DNA of 64,000 bases. It comes from Takakia lepidozioides (taxonomy: Eukaryota > Plantae > Bryophyta). The translations under genes and the position numbers were made by a program. Below, piece by piece: positions 50,601-63,639 of the stretch. The number at the start of each line of letters is the position of its first letter. Within the stretch, counting starts at the first letter, position 1. The stretch is taken from positions 30,070,001 to 30,134,000 of the forward strand of contig CM060734.1 in NCBI GenBank assembly GCA_030704615.1. Direction: 5' to 3'. The notes beneath the pieces were generated by a model that saw only the letters and a program-made list of their open reading frames with translations, was not told where the DNA came from and did no database searches.

Positions 50601-52899
50601 ATTACCTTAGCTACTACTCCTCCAAATTCATGTATGCAAATGGTAAGTGCCAAGCAACCCTTGTTTAATACATATGGCCTGCTGTGCCTGAACACTGTAA
50701 CATCCCTACTACCTTGGCCCACCATAGAAGATACAATACTTGCTGGAAGAAAAAACTACATTTACACAAAACCCCCCACATTAATCAGATCATATGACTA
50801 TGCTACACATCTCCTAGGGTTCAGACATATATACCTGCTAGCGATCTCTCATACCATAACAGCACCCCCGACCTCTCTGGTTGGCCACATGGAGAACATT
50901 ACTCGGCTACTGGAGCCTCTCTGTCTGATAATGCATCACGCTGTACTAACCCCGCTTGCCCCCCCCCCCATTCCCCTATCCATACAAAAAATGGACACTC
51001 CAATTCCAAAATTCCATTACAAAACAAATTGGATACAATCACATGCCCCTTCAAAAATCATATGTACGGCTTGCTACATCCATTGACCATAATATAAAAC
51101 CCCAATGCTGGATACCTTGTTACTGTGCCACCTTTGCTACTCTGGACTTGTCGTCCTACCCCCACAATGCTCTGCAAAATCGCAATAACTGCAAACCCAT
51201 GAACAACTGTATGCCACCCATTACCATTACCTGGCACAATCAATCTACTTCATGGAACCCCATTTACTGGCCTCCGTACACAACCCTCAGAACAACACAT
51301 ACCTCAACAAAGACTGCTCCATCCTCTATGCCAAATAACTACTACAAAAAAACAGCCGCATACCTATATACTACACAATTAAAACAAACTGAATGCCAAA
51401 TACTCACTCCCTGCTATGACTACAACAAACAACTACCAGCAGTTAACAACCCTTTTCAAAGTAGCAAAAATAGGTCAACACGGACTGCAAGAGTTACTGA
51501 ATATGATTCTGAATCAGGATATATAACCGCCAACACTCTCCTGCTGCTCCTCCCCAATGAATTCCTTCTGTTGAAAATACAAACCCACATCCTGCTTTGC
51601 AAGCCAAGAGTCTCCTGCCCCCATTGTAGCTGCCACCGGAACCCCAAATTAAAACTACTCCCCACTCTTCATAATATTAGCACTGCAATCACAGTACCAA
51701 AACATAAATCCAAGCTCGCCTATTACTGTACAGATGTTGTATTAACGGAACCAAGGCATGTAACCAAATTCTCTTACTGTCCCACAGCCGCCAAAACACG
51801 ACATTTGACACTCAACTCCCTTCAACGTAAAAGCCATATAAAAACACATCGCCTCTGTGAATTGGGCATCCCGCGCGCTACAAGTTCCATTCCATGCTCT
51901 CTCAAATTCAGACACACCACACATACTCAGGAAAAGGCCCTAAATATACATCGAACACTGAACCAACATCCTATATGGAAATGCTCAGCAGACTTTCTAG
52001 TACCAAGGCCACAAATATTCCCAGAAATAACTACTTTCATAACTAACCAACACCAGCCCCTCATAACCATATGCCATCTACAGAAACACCTCCCCCCTCA
52101 CTCCACAAACCCTAAAGAAGTCTTCCGCATTTTAATCTTTTATCGAACTTGCAGGCCCAAATGCAAGCTGATGCAGTACCCTTCACCTCGCAAAAAGCTT
52201 AACTGCTGGCTACAGGAACAAAAACTTGATGTGTCCTTAATGCAACCCAGACCAGCTGACATTTGGCCTACAACGGTTAACGAACATACCCTCATAAAAT
52301 CACAATCTCTACAAAAATGGGCCCCTTCTAGAATAAGACCACCAAATATCGTTTGGATGTCAAAATTAACGCAAACCATTGCTCGCCCAACACTATTAAT
52401 AACTACGCCCTCCACCAACTACACCATACTGAGTGGATTGACCCCAATGTATCACAAATGCCAAAAAATATCCATTCACCTAGAGCCGCACACCCATCAA
52501 TACAACATCGAAACCCTTCTACAACGCTTTTTAGTAATCGCCCTCCACACGTATACGAACATCCACCTTCACAATCTAAAAACACTAGCTCCTCACCCCA
52601 ATATTCCTCCACAACCTCTCTTGCTATCTGAGCCAATCCCACATCTCTCCCACTCCTCATTGCCATGCCAATCCTTTTACTACACCATCGGTGCAACATC
52701 CTACGATAATTTCCATCATAGACGTGGCATTTGGGGAAGACCGAGGAAAACATACAATCACCATAAAAGAAAAACATCCCACAAACATATTTATTTTTTA
52801 TTCAACAAGCCACAACAAATCCCACAAATACCCTCAGGCAGACTGTATTATGCCCCAAAAATCTCCAAACAAGCTAGACACAAATTGCAAAAATGGATG

Positions 52900-55800
52900 C
52901 CCATCCACAAACATGCGCACCTTCATCTAATGCTCATGCGATGTGGGGACATCCACCAGAACCCGGGCCCCCGAAACAACCGCCGTCATACCCAACAGAA
53001 GACACATAATCCAATACAAACTGTTGTAAATCATCTCCCTAAGGCGGCAAAAGCTAGGTACACTTTATACTTTTATCCCGACACAATCTCTCAAAAATTG
53101 GAGTACACTCATCTACACAACCTCTTCAGTCCATATCTACCCAAAGCCACTTATGCTTTGGATCCGGACGCCCCAGAAGCGCCGCCATATGGTATTACCA
53201 CCTCTGAGTACCCAATCCTTGCCCATAATAGCTACAAACTGTGATCCCACTCTATAGATCATGTACTATTTGTATACATTATTTGTATATCTCCAAAGCC
53301 TAAATCTTGTAATATCATGTTATCCGAAAGCTTGGAGGCCCGAATAATAACCACGCTAACAAAACTCCAAGGGTTACCAAATAACTCCTCCCAGTACAAA
53401 GCCCAACCGCACCCCCTCAATTCTGTTCAAGATTCCCTTCACCTTCTTCAAGCCCCACCGGGCCATATATACCAGCTACTTACGACATATATCTAATCTC
53501 TACCTCCAACAATCCACCCTACTATTCAGGATATTTCTGCAGCATTTCCTTTTATCTCGCATGACATTTTATCTGCCACGCTAAATACCCTTACATATCT
53601 ACCCGGTTACCAAACGACCAAACACATGCCACAATGTGACAACACACCACAGTGTGACAATGCAGTGCCCACTGTACACCAACCTACACCACCGCCACTC
53701 TCTTATACCCCAGACAACCCACAAGACAACCTTATAGACCAACCCTTAATATGCCTTACGTGGAATGTGGGATCCATTGCCTCCAGCTTGCCAACCCTTT
53801 CACTTATTCTTCAAAACTCAAACCCTCCCCATATTATTCTACTACAAGAAACTAAACTCAATTCGCACTCGCCCAACATATATATCAACAAAATACTGCT
53901 TGACCACCACATCATCTATGGGAGCCCCCCATCGCCAGGAAAATATAATAGACGACGCTCACTACCATATCAGCTGACTCATGGAGGCCTAGCCATTGGT
54001 ATACACAAATCCATGCACTCACAAGAAACAACTACAAATGCCCGCATCCCCACGCACCTTAAAACTCACCTCCAAATTGTTGAGATTTACATCAGCCCTT
54101 ATCCAAAACTACTTATCATTCATTTATATATGCCCTCACACTCGGACGATATAGCCCATACCCCCAATATTCTACAACAAATTGTGAGCTTTGCTAACAA
54201 CCTACTCCACTCCTTATCCACAATCCTCGCATGTGACTTCAACACAGACCTATCTATGTTGGGCAAATTACATGACGGTGTACACTTCCCTCCCTCTCCA
54301 AAAGACATAGAATGGACAACTTTTACCCAAACGCATGGATTCCAATACATCACTACAAATCAGGCTTCTCTAGGCAAGGAGGACTAAACTATACCTCGCA
54401 TAGCCTCATTGATGGGTACTACCTCAAAATACCTAGAAATAATCCCACACAGCTGTACAGTACAATCCTGTATGATCCCATATATAACTCTGACCATTAC
54501 CCAGTTATTCTCTGCATCCCTACGCATATAGTACCTATAGGTCCAATCCTAAATGGCCCCTCGCTAGACACAAGGCCACGTATTCCCACTCCTATCCCCC
54601 CCTCCTCTATTCTGGCATTCCAAGCCACGGTTCGATCCATTTCCGGTACAGTTATATCTGATTTTGAAACATACTAGATCGATATTCAGCAAACCCCACC
54701 CTTCAAATTTGGGAAGACGTAAGCTCCAAGCTAGAACAAATATTCACTCAAATTACAGAATCCACGCTACATACATGCACAAAGTTCCCTGCTCCAGTAC
54801 AAACTGAACGATAAAAAATAAACGGAGGATACTTGACAAGAACACAACAGAGAAAATGGCAAGCACAAGTAAATATCCACCACAAAATCCGCAACTATTA
54901 CAATCCTCTCATCTGACCCACGAGACCCCCAATGGAGAAATACCCCATCTATTATAGACCTAAACACAATAGTAGCTTGCAGCACAGATTTCCCGATACC
55001 CCAGAATGATGCAGACATACATACATGGCTCATATCTCTCTCCTGAATTGGTCGAGATGCAAAGAAAAATGCTTATAATATCACCAAACAACAATCCAAA
55101 GACAACCAGAAGAAATTTGTTCAATCATACTGTAAGATGCTACAAGACAAGCCTCGCCTCATACATAAATCAATCTTCAACCCTTCCCCCTCTCTTTCTT
55201 TAGATGCAATACGAGACAACGCAGGAACTCTACACACCTCTCCAACCTCTATCAATAAAATCGTCTTTCAGCAAGCTAAGACCACATACCAACCACAAGC
55301 ACATGCATGTTTCCAACCATCGCATTACATACAACACTGTGCATGCCAAGCCAGACATTATCCTTGGCATGATATAGACGGATTTAAACTCGAGCAAATG
55401 GGACCCTTACAACTCGACCTAAGCGCTTACCTCACCCTAGAGGTCTACCATTCATGCCTCAAATCTCTCTCTAACTCCAAAGCGCCAGGCCCAGACAACA
55501 TACATAATGAAATACTCAAGACATTGGACCCACACTTCCATCGATTAATCCATCGCTTCTTTGTGATGTGCTATCAGCTCCATAGAATTCCCAAAGGTTG
55601 GAAAAACAGTCGTACAATACTAATTTACAAAAAAGATGACCCTACCCAATTAGGCAACTACAGACCTATAGCTCTTGCTAACACCCTTTACAAGCTATTT
55701 ACTAGCACGTTGACTACCCTTCTCACATCCTTCGGAGAACAACATCATATTCTTAGTGACTCGCAAGAGGGATTTCGAACTGCCAGAAGCACAAACCGGC

Positions 55801-58800
55801 AAATCCAACTCATTATTTCGGCCTTAGAATATGCACGTTTTACTCAACAAGACATATTTTTGCTATACATTGACTTTAAAAATGCATTTGGCTCAATTGA
55901 CCATGCATGTCTACTAGCCGTTATGACTGATCTAGGATACCCGCAAGACGCAGTCATGCTCATTGGCAATATTTATACTGAAGCCACCACCACATACTCC
56001 GGGCCTTCATTTGGCAATACATCACCTATACCAATTCACAGAGGTACCATACAAGGGGACACACTTAGCCCATATCTTTTTATTGTCTTTCTAGAACCCC
56101 TACTTCGTTGGCTCGCTTGAGGTAACATAGCATACCAATACATTACGTCTCCCAATAACATCCCAGCAGCTGCCTATGCATCTGATCTTGTACTGCTATC
56201 CAACAAATCCAGTCATCTCAATCGACAACTGAAAAAACTAAAAAGATTCAATAAATGGGCAGCAATGGAACTAAGTTTACATAAATGTGCTATCACGGCG
56301 ATCAGCCATCATACCAACACAACACACAAGCCCTCTCAAGAATACTAAATAACACGGTGCTATATAATACCCAACCCTTCCCATATTTGGACCAAGACGA
56401 CCCATACACATATTTGGGTATACAATTGACACCATCTCTTAAGTGGAGTGCTCAAAAAGACATAACCCAGAAAAAACTCCTCTCACAAGCATCTGCTTTA
56501 TTGAACTCGCCAGCCACAATGCGCCAGAAATTATTTATTCTCGACACAGTACTCAGAACTTCTATAGAATATCCTTTTCATGCAGCACCATTCTTTATCC
56601 CAGACATAAACGCACTGGATAGAATCATTATACGCTTATCGAAACAAATATGTGGACTCCCAAATAGCACCCCCAATGCATTAGTGCAGTTACTCAGGAG
56701 CCTCTATGGTATCGGTACTACAACTTTAGCTGAGGCCTACGCTAGAACGTTGGGAACGCGGCTGCAGGAAGCTCTAAACGATATTGGTAAACTGGGGAAT
56801 ATTTATCAAGGACTCCTTAAGCTGTCGCCTTGAAATTTGGTGGCTTAGCAAATTTACCGGCTATCAACCCCATTGCATGCACCCACTCCCCTATCACCAG
56901 GACCTCTTCATACTCAAACATATGCACATTACTCTGGACACTACTATGCCCACAATCCAACTTCATTACACATCCCTAGAAAATGCTTGGGACACAAGCC
57001 CACAAATTCATCTCTTCAACCCAGACAACATACCTCGTAAACAAACCACTCTAAATTTTTTTATGCAATTTAACATCACCACAGTCAGACAACTTACATA
57101 TGCTAATGGCACCAGACTTATTGACCCACATGCTTTTCGACTAAAATACCCTAAACCATCATCACGCTCCCAACATGTTCATTTGCAACACCTCCAAACA
57201 CTACTATGTTTTCCCACTCCTGCTTGTCTAACCCACACATGTCCAAGACAATGTAACTCTTCGCCCCATCACCCATGGGAGCTACTCCCTCGCTATTCAT
57301 CGAGCCCGATGCAAAACCAAATCCAATCACTATTCCATGGCTTCGTCCTAAACCCAACAAGCATCTACCCCACACAACCAGCTCAAACACCCCAACCACA
57401 GCCCCCACAACCAAATACTATATCGTCCCCACTTGCTATTCAACCCACAGGACACCCCGTAACACCCGCCCACACATTAGAGGAAATACAAGGCATAACT
57501 CAAAAAATGTCCTTGGATCAATATGGAGCCACATGTGTCAAAACTCTATACAATTGTCAATGGAAGGGATCATCCCCCAAACGTAACACTTGGGAAAACA
57601 ATGACCAACTTTTTGGCACCCATGGTAACCCAAATCTACACCATAATATTCAAATGGTTACCGAATACCACCGATGAACCAACACCCACTACTTATCGCA
57701 TATTCATACCCAACATGCGGATGAACCACAAGCCAACGATAGACATTTCATCAGCCCGCCACGAAGTATCCCAAATCTATACATCTCTATAGCTGAATGT
57801 AACCCAGATAAAGACATCCTGAAGTCCCAGGCCCACATTCACACTCACAATAACTTGGCACACATACATGGGTCACTAGGGTACTACATTGGTAACATAA
57901 CACTCCAAAGATTGGAGTGGTTATGGAAAAGATTTCATTCCAACCCACCCAACCTCACAGACATGCATACGCCATCAGCATTTACAGTACAAGTCTCCAG
58001 ACTCATCCAACGCTACGCCCAAGACCTACCACCCAAAACACCCACAACAACAAACAAACTTTTACTTGCACACTCCCACTCGACCCTCCCCGCACTCCTT
58101 CTAAACTTCCTCACCACGGAGCTGCAACTCACTCACTCATATTACTCTAACCCTCTCACATGCCCATTGGGTTTATCTACTTACTCGAGCTTACACAACA
58201 TTGATCAGCACTTTGGATCCCTGGGGGCTGCAAGGTCCCACCAATGGCAAGGGCGAGGGTTTGCACACCCCCCTAATGCCGCTTCTGCCAGAAGCGCTTC
58301 ATTGGGCGCGCATTGTTGCACATATGTCACCAGAATCATTCACCATCTTATTTATTCCTAATACTAACCATACTAAACACCCAATACTAAGCGACCCCCC
58401 TGGAGTATTCACGTTAGCTACATTTGAGCCTCGCTCAGTCATTTATCAACCCCCACCGCCGTGGCGCAATTACATGAAATATCCAGAACCATTATTAACT
58501 AAACTGGTATGTGTACGACTCACAAGACCCGCAAATACCTATCACTTTCTACCATCAACTGGACCGGATTCTAAAACATTTATTTGGTCACAAAGCCATG
58601 GTTCACCCGCCTACCCAAATTCCCAACAAATATCCCCGAATCAATCCGGACAAACCATGGAGACATGTGACCCCTAGGCCTCTTTGGGCAGCGAGACCAA
58701 AAACCTTTGCTATACCACTTCCAGATTTCACGGAACCCACACCCGTAAAATTCCAACCACAGAAATGCATATACACTGATGGCTCCTTAAAAGATGCCCA

Positions 58801-60100
58801 AGCGGGTTATGGTATATATTTGGTTGGCACCAATACCAAAATATATAGCCGTCTCCCTGGTCGCCAGAACATCCTACGAGCGGAGCTTATGGCTATACAT
58901 GATGCTCTCAAGTCTCTCCCCTACCAACCTACTTCAACATACTATTTATTTACACTTATAAAAGGAATCGTCGATGTTGTATCATCTTTACCGCTGCAAA
59001 TCCATATACACAAAGTTCGATCTCACACAGACATAATAGGTAATGACATAGCAGACCATCTTGCCCAACTTGGTGCTATACAGCCAATCATCAACCCCTC
59101 GACCAGCCCTATCCACCGGTCGCACACATACCCGTTTTGGCTCATCTCAACAAGGGCTAGATTCCCGACCATAGCACCTATACGGAATCTGCACACACAC
59201 ATTCAAGGCGAGACCAAACTACTCATACAAGAATCCCGCACCTATAGAAATTCGTACATATCTAAGTGGGTCTTGTCCCCACACCTGCTACATAGTATGT
59301 CTAATCATTTTTGGACATCCCCCAGGGTTACCGATGCACAAATCAAACAAACTTTAAAATTTCGGTATGGTCAATACATGGGCAATCAACGACGGAACTT
59401 GTTCTGGCCATTATTATACCCCAATAAACACTGCGTGTTATGTTCATCCCAAAATCCCCAAATAGATACATGGTCACACTTACTTCTCCATTGCAACCAC
59501 CCCATAATACATGGATTGCGGGTAACCAGACATAACCAAGGGGTTAGACAACTCCACAAAATTCTCACTTCACATCCGAAATCCAGATGGTTTAACCTCA
59601 TCAATGCAGGCACATTCCAAGGTCGCCCCACCGGACCACACCATACCCCCATGGCTGCTACCGTGTATATGCTCCCAAGGACACCCGTGCCTTTGTCTAG
59701 CAAGACTATGCCCAGATATTTTGCTAGTCCAGGGATTTCCTATACAGGCATTGCCACCGACAGAACCGCTTCCATCTCTCAAAATACATTTTTTGGAGTT
59801 TGCATTCTGCCATGATCGAAATCCAGATCAATCAATTATGTACAAACATGAAAAATATGACCCAATCATACATGCCCTCCGTCACAGAGGCTGGAACACG
59901 GCACCTCTGACCATCATCACTGCGGGTGTCAGGGGCGGTGCTCATACCCATAATATCCAAGGTTTAAAGATACTCTTAGCCTACCACCCAAATACACTAC
60001 ACCTCTACTACGAGCCTTGCATTTCAGAGCTATTTCATCACTCACATCCCTAATCCTCAATAAACGTAAGATTGAAAGTGGCCAGCTAGCCACTGTGTGA
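52900..60100 (+). pseudogene. LINE polyprotein: 2A-like, APE, RT, chromo-like, PCIF1-like MTase, RNase H, CCHC, RLE
   Basis: APE: TWNVGS, LLQETK, ACDFN, SDHYPV. RT: KAPGPD, NYRPIAL, QEGFR, IDFKNAF, QGDTLSP, YASD (56175-56186). RNase H: YTDGS, RAELMAI, KVRSH...GNDIAD. CVLC...HLLLHC and RHN. RLE: PDILLV...LEFAFC...KHEKY. Confidence 0.88.
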
Positions 60101-60192
60101 AAAGTTACGGTTCGGATAGAGCCCACCCCTGATAGGGGGCAGTACCCGCAAGGGGAAGAGGCTCTTATTTACGCTAGCTTCGGTTGGCGTCA

Positions 60193-60212
60193 TATATATA
60201 TATATATATATA
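60193..60212. repeat. (TA)10 microsatellite at the LINE 3' junction
   Basis: Read directly from the sequence. Confidence 0.95.
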
Positions 60213-61283
60213 AGGTCAATAAATGGTTATGTTAATTGACTGACATGGTCCATGTTACTACGGTGTTTAATCAGTAAAGTGAAAGAGGATGTGTACTTTT
60301 TGGGCACCTTTGGCTCCAGACAGAGTGCACTTGTGGTTCAAAATAGTACCGCCTACTGGTCCATTCAAGGTTATTCCATGATTTCACATTGAATATTCAC
60401 CAATATTACAAAATAATTCGGAAATTATTTATCTTTTTTTCATTAAATTTCATTTCTTTGTGCCCACATCAGATAAATATATATGACAACACTGCACACC
60501 TAAAATTGCACACATTTCTTAAATGATCCATTTTAGGTGTTTCTACCTTAGTAGGGTTTGCCCCAGGGCCCGCCCTCTTGAGTTCAATAGTTTTTCACCT
60601 AAACGCCCTTCCTCGGATGTAACCCGGCCTGGCACGTTGGATTTCTGCCATGTGGCGGACTTTGACGGCCATTTCCGTTTTTTGTAATATAAGAAGGGCC
60701 GGAATCCGTCCAGGCCTTGCCAACTAAGGCAGATTTCCTGTCTGTAATGAAATGGAAAGGCAAATCCTTCCTAAAAGTAGGGCACCCGGTTGATTTCCGC
60801 TTCGGCCATTTTTTTTCCCTCGGATCCATTTCCTGAGGATTCATATTTCATTCGGAAATTCTGGAATTCAGTCGGCTAGCATGTAACTGGCTGCCGGTTC
60901 TCCCCGGACGTTGTTAGGGACCGTATTCCTGCTCTACGATAAAACTACACTAGTCTCCGTTGTCCGTACTCACTAGAATAATCTCTCGCTCCTTTATCGT
61001 TCATGTGAGCAACGCTCGTTCAGTAATCGTTCCTTGGCTCAGTTGACCATTCTTTCACGTTCGTTGGTTCGACCTTTGCGCAGAGAGTGCGTGAGGTTGG
61101 CGTGGAGATGGAGGACGCTGGCTCGCCCATGCCCTCTCTGCCATGCGCGCTCCACTCTGGCCTTGCCTCCGCCAGCTATGGCTGCCACCACACTTCAGCT
61201 TCCCTGGATAAGAGACGACAACAGCAGCAAGGCGAAAACTTGGAGGTTTCTGAGGTTGGAGAGCGCCAAACAGGAAAAGGAGG

Positions 61284-63209
61284 ATGTGGAATCTCAAAGG
61301 GGACCTCCAAATCCTTCAGGGGGAGCGAGGTTCTGCAATTGTTCAAAGCAAAGAAGGGTCCCAGGTTTTCGAGAGAGAGCGAGGATGTGGGCAGAATCCG
61401 AAGGCTGGGGAGACTGGAAGAGATGGGGGGCGGGGAAGCCTCCAGGACGGTTGGGGAGGTGAGGGTGAGGGAGAAAGATGTCCCGGAGAGGATTCTAGTA
61501 GTACCCACGCCGGCATTATTATAGAAGAATCTGGTGAATCAGCCGAGGATGGAAATGCAAACGTACAGAGAGGGTATTTGCCGCAGGCCCAAAGAGGGGA
61601 ACATGATGGTCTAGAGTCCAAGGCAGGAATTATTGCCAGGGAGTTCGCGCATCATGAACCCGGGATGGCACGGCTGAACAATGGAAGCTTTGGGAGCTGT
61701 CCGCAGTCAGTGCTAGCAGCCCAAGCCGCTTGGGTTCAGGTATGGCTGCAGCAACCTGATGCATTTTATTTTAAAGGTTTGGAGGAGGGCTTGCTCGCGG
61801 CGCGCACGGAAATTGCCCACTTAATTCACGCACCCAGTGTTCAAGAAGTCGTTCTGGTGGAGAATGCCACAACCGGGGCCGCAATGGTTGCCCTGGATGT
61901 AATGTGGGCTTTCGTGGAGGGGAGATACAACAAAGGGGACTCCATTCTATTACTCGATTGCACTTATGGGGCTGTGAAGAAAGCTTTCAAGGTACGTATA
62001 CACCTTACGTACATCATCCAAGATCTCTGCAGTTCTGCTTACTCGACGTATACTGTACATTTTCCTGTACAACACCAATTATTTCACAATGCTTGTAACG
62101 GTGCTCATACGAGTGTATGTTGCTCCTCGTCTACAGGGGTATGCTTCAAGGGCAGGTGCCCATCTTCTAGAAGTTAAGATGCCCTTTCCAGTATTCTCTG
62201 CTGAGCAGATTCTCCACAGTTTCGAAGGAGCTTTGAAGAGAGAGAGGGCAGAGAACCCCTCTCGAGCAATTCGCCTTGCAGTGATTGATCACATAACATC
62301 CATGCCGTCAATTGTTCAACCTATTCCGGAGCTCGTAAGACTCTGCCGCAAATATGGGGTGGAGCAGATCTTTGTCGATGGAGCGCATGCAATTGGGAAT
62401 GTTGACATCAATGTGCAAGAAATAGATGCAGATTACTACATGAGTAATGTGCACAAGTGGCTTTTTGCCCCTTCCACTGTGGCTTTCTTCCATTGCAAGC
62501 CACAACATCTGTCACGGCTTCATCACCCTAATGTGTCCCAAAATTATGGGACTGGTCTGGTAACCGAATGTGATTGGGTGGGTACTCGTGATTACTGTGC
62601 TCTGTTAGCAGTGCCAGCAGCAATCAAATTTATTAAGGACTTGGCTGGGAGTATTGAAGCATATAGTGAGTATAATCACAAGAAAGTGGTGGCTATGGGG
62701 GAAATGCTTGCAACTGCTTGGGGCACACACTTGGGAGCACCGCAAGAGCTTTGTGCCGCAATGGTTATGGTTGGCCTGCCTCCATCCCTCAATGTCCACT
62801 CTCAGGTATTGTTTGCTCTTGTAATCAATATCTGGCGTATGATGATTTACCTTAGTCTGGAACTCAGGCAACATATAAACCCTCTTTTTTCTGGTTGAGG
62901 TGCTTTCCCTGCAAGTAATGGACACAAGAATTGGTATCTGACCATATGGAGTTGGACTTTCAGGATGACGCCCTCAAGATGCGGGTACGCCTGCGGCATG
63001 AATTTCAAGTTGAAGTTCCCCTTTTCTATGCAGGGAAACCAAGTCTGGTATTTGAGAGGGATTCACTGTCAGGTGACCATCAGGGCAGGCAGACGGAGGT
63101 GATTGTGTATGCACGGATTTCTCATCAAATCTACAACCGAATGGAGGACTACTGTGTTCTTAGAGATGCAGTCAATTCTCTTTCAGGAATTAGCCCGTCC
63201 ACACCTTGA
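61284..63209 (+). CDS. LCD: L-cysteine desulfhydrase-like PLP enzyme (aminotransferase class V / isopenicillin-N-epimerase-like); start codon uncertain
   Basis: EFAHHEPGMARLNNGSFGSCP, LVENATT, IDHITSMP, FVDGAHAIG, SNVHKWLFAP (PLP lysine), WVGTRDY, YARISHQIYN. GT-AG introns 61992-62136 and 62806-62963. Confidence 0.88.
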
Positions 63210-63639
63210 GACACCTTCTTTATGGATGTATACATGTAAATAAATGTGCACAAACAACTGAGATGTATGATTGCTGGATAGGCGGGCTGTTTAGCCTGTA
63301 GACAAAAATTGCAGTCTGTCCAGCTTCAGACTAATGCAAATTGCAACCCGCAATGAAATCGACCCTTCATTTATTGGGCCTTCCAATATGAATTACCATA
63401 CTTTGAATGAGTTAAAGCTTTCCAAAGTGTGACAAATCAAATTCAAATTCAGAAGTGCAAACCCTTCAATCGGACATGGATAGAGCCTTCAATGTACATA
63501 GAACAAGATAGAGATTGAAAGGTAGACACCCTGGAGTTTGAGAGACCGAAAGTGTAGTTTTTGTCTGACAAGCTCATTTAACATTAACGAACTCAAAAGA
63601 ACGTCACAGCAGCTGATTCAGAACCCCCAACCCAACAAG

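Larger units (their letters stand above)
44950..60192 (+). mobile_element. ~15-kb non-LTR retrotransposon, Dualen/RandI-like (APE plus restriction-like endonuclease), decayed
   Basis: Uniform A/C-rich, G-poor strand bias throughout. ORF1-like segment 45705-47630; polyprotein frame ~50956-60100; ends in hairpins followed by (TA)10. The 5' boundary is approximate. Confidence 0.8.

Noticed and set aside
47617-51086. Independent host genes in ORFs such as 47617-48399 and 50040-51086
   Set aside because: Composition mirrors the A/C strand skew of the LINE and no domain motifs are present.
60121-60165. Hammerhead ribozyme (CTGATAG...GAAG)
   Set aside because: The core does not match CUGANGA/GAAA, and the CTGAT is needed for a hairpin.
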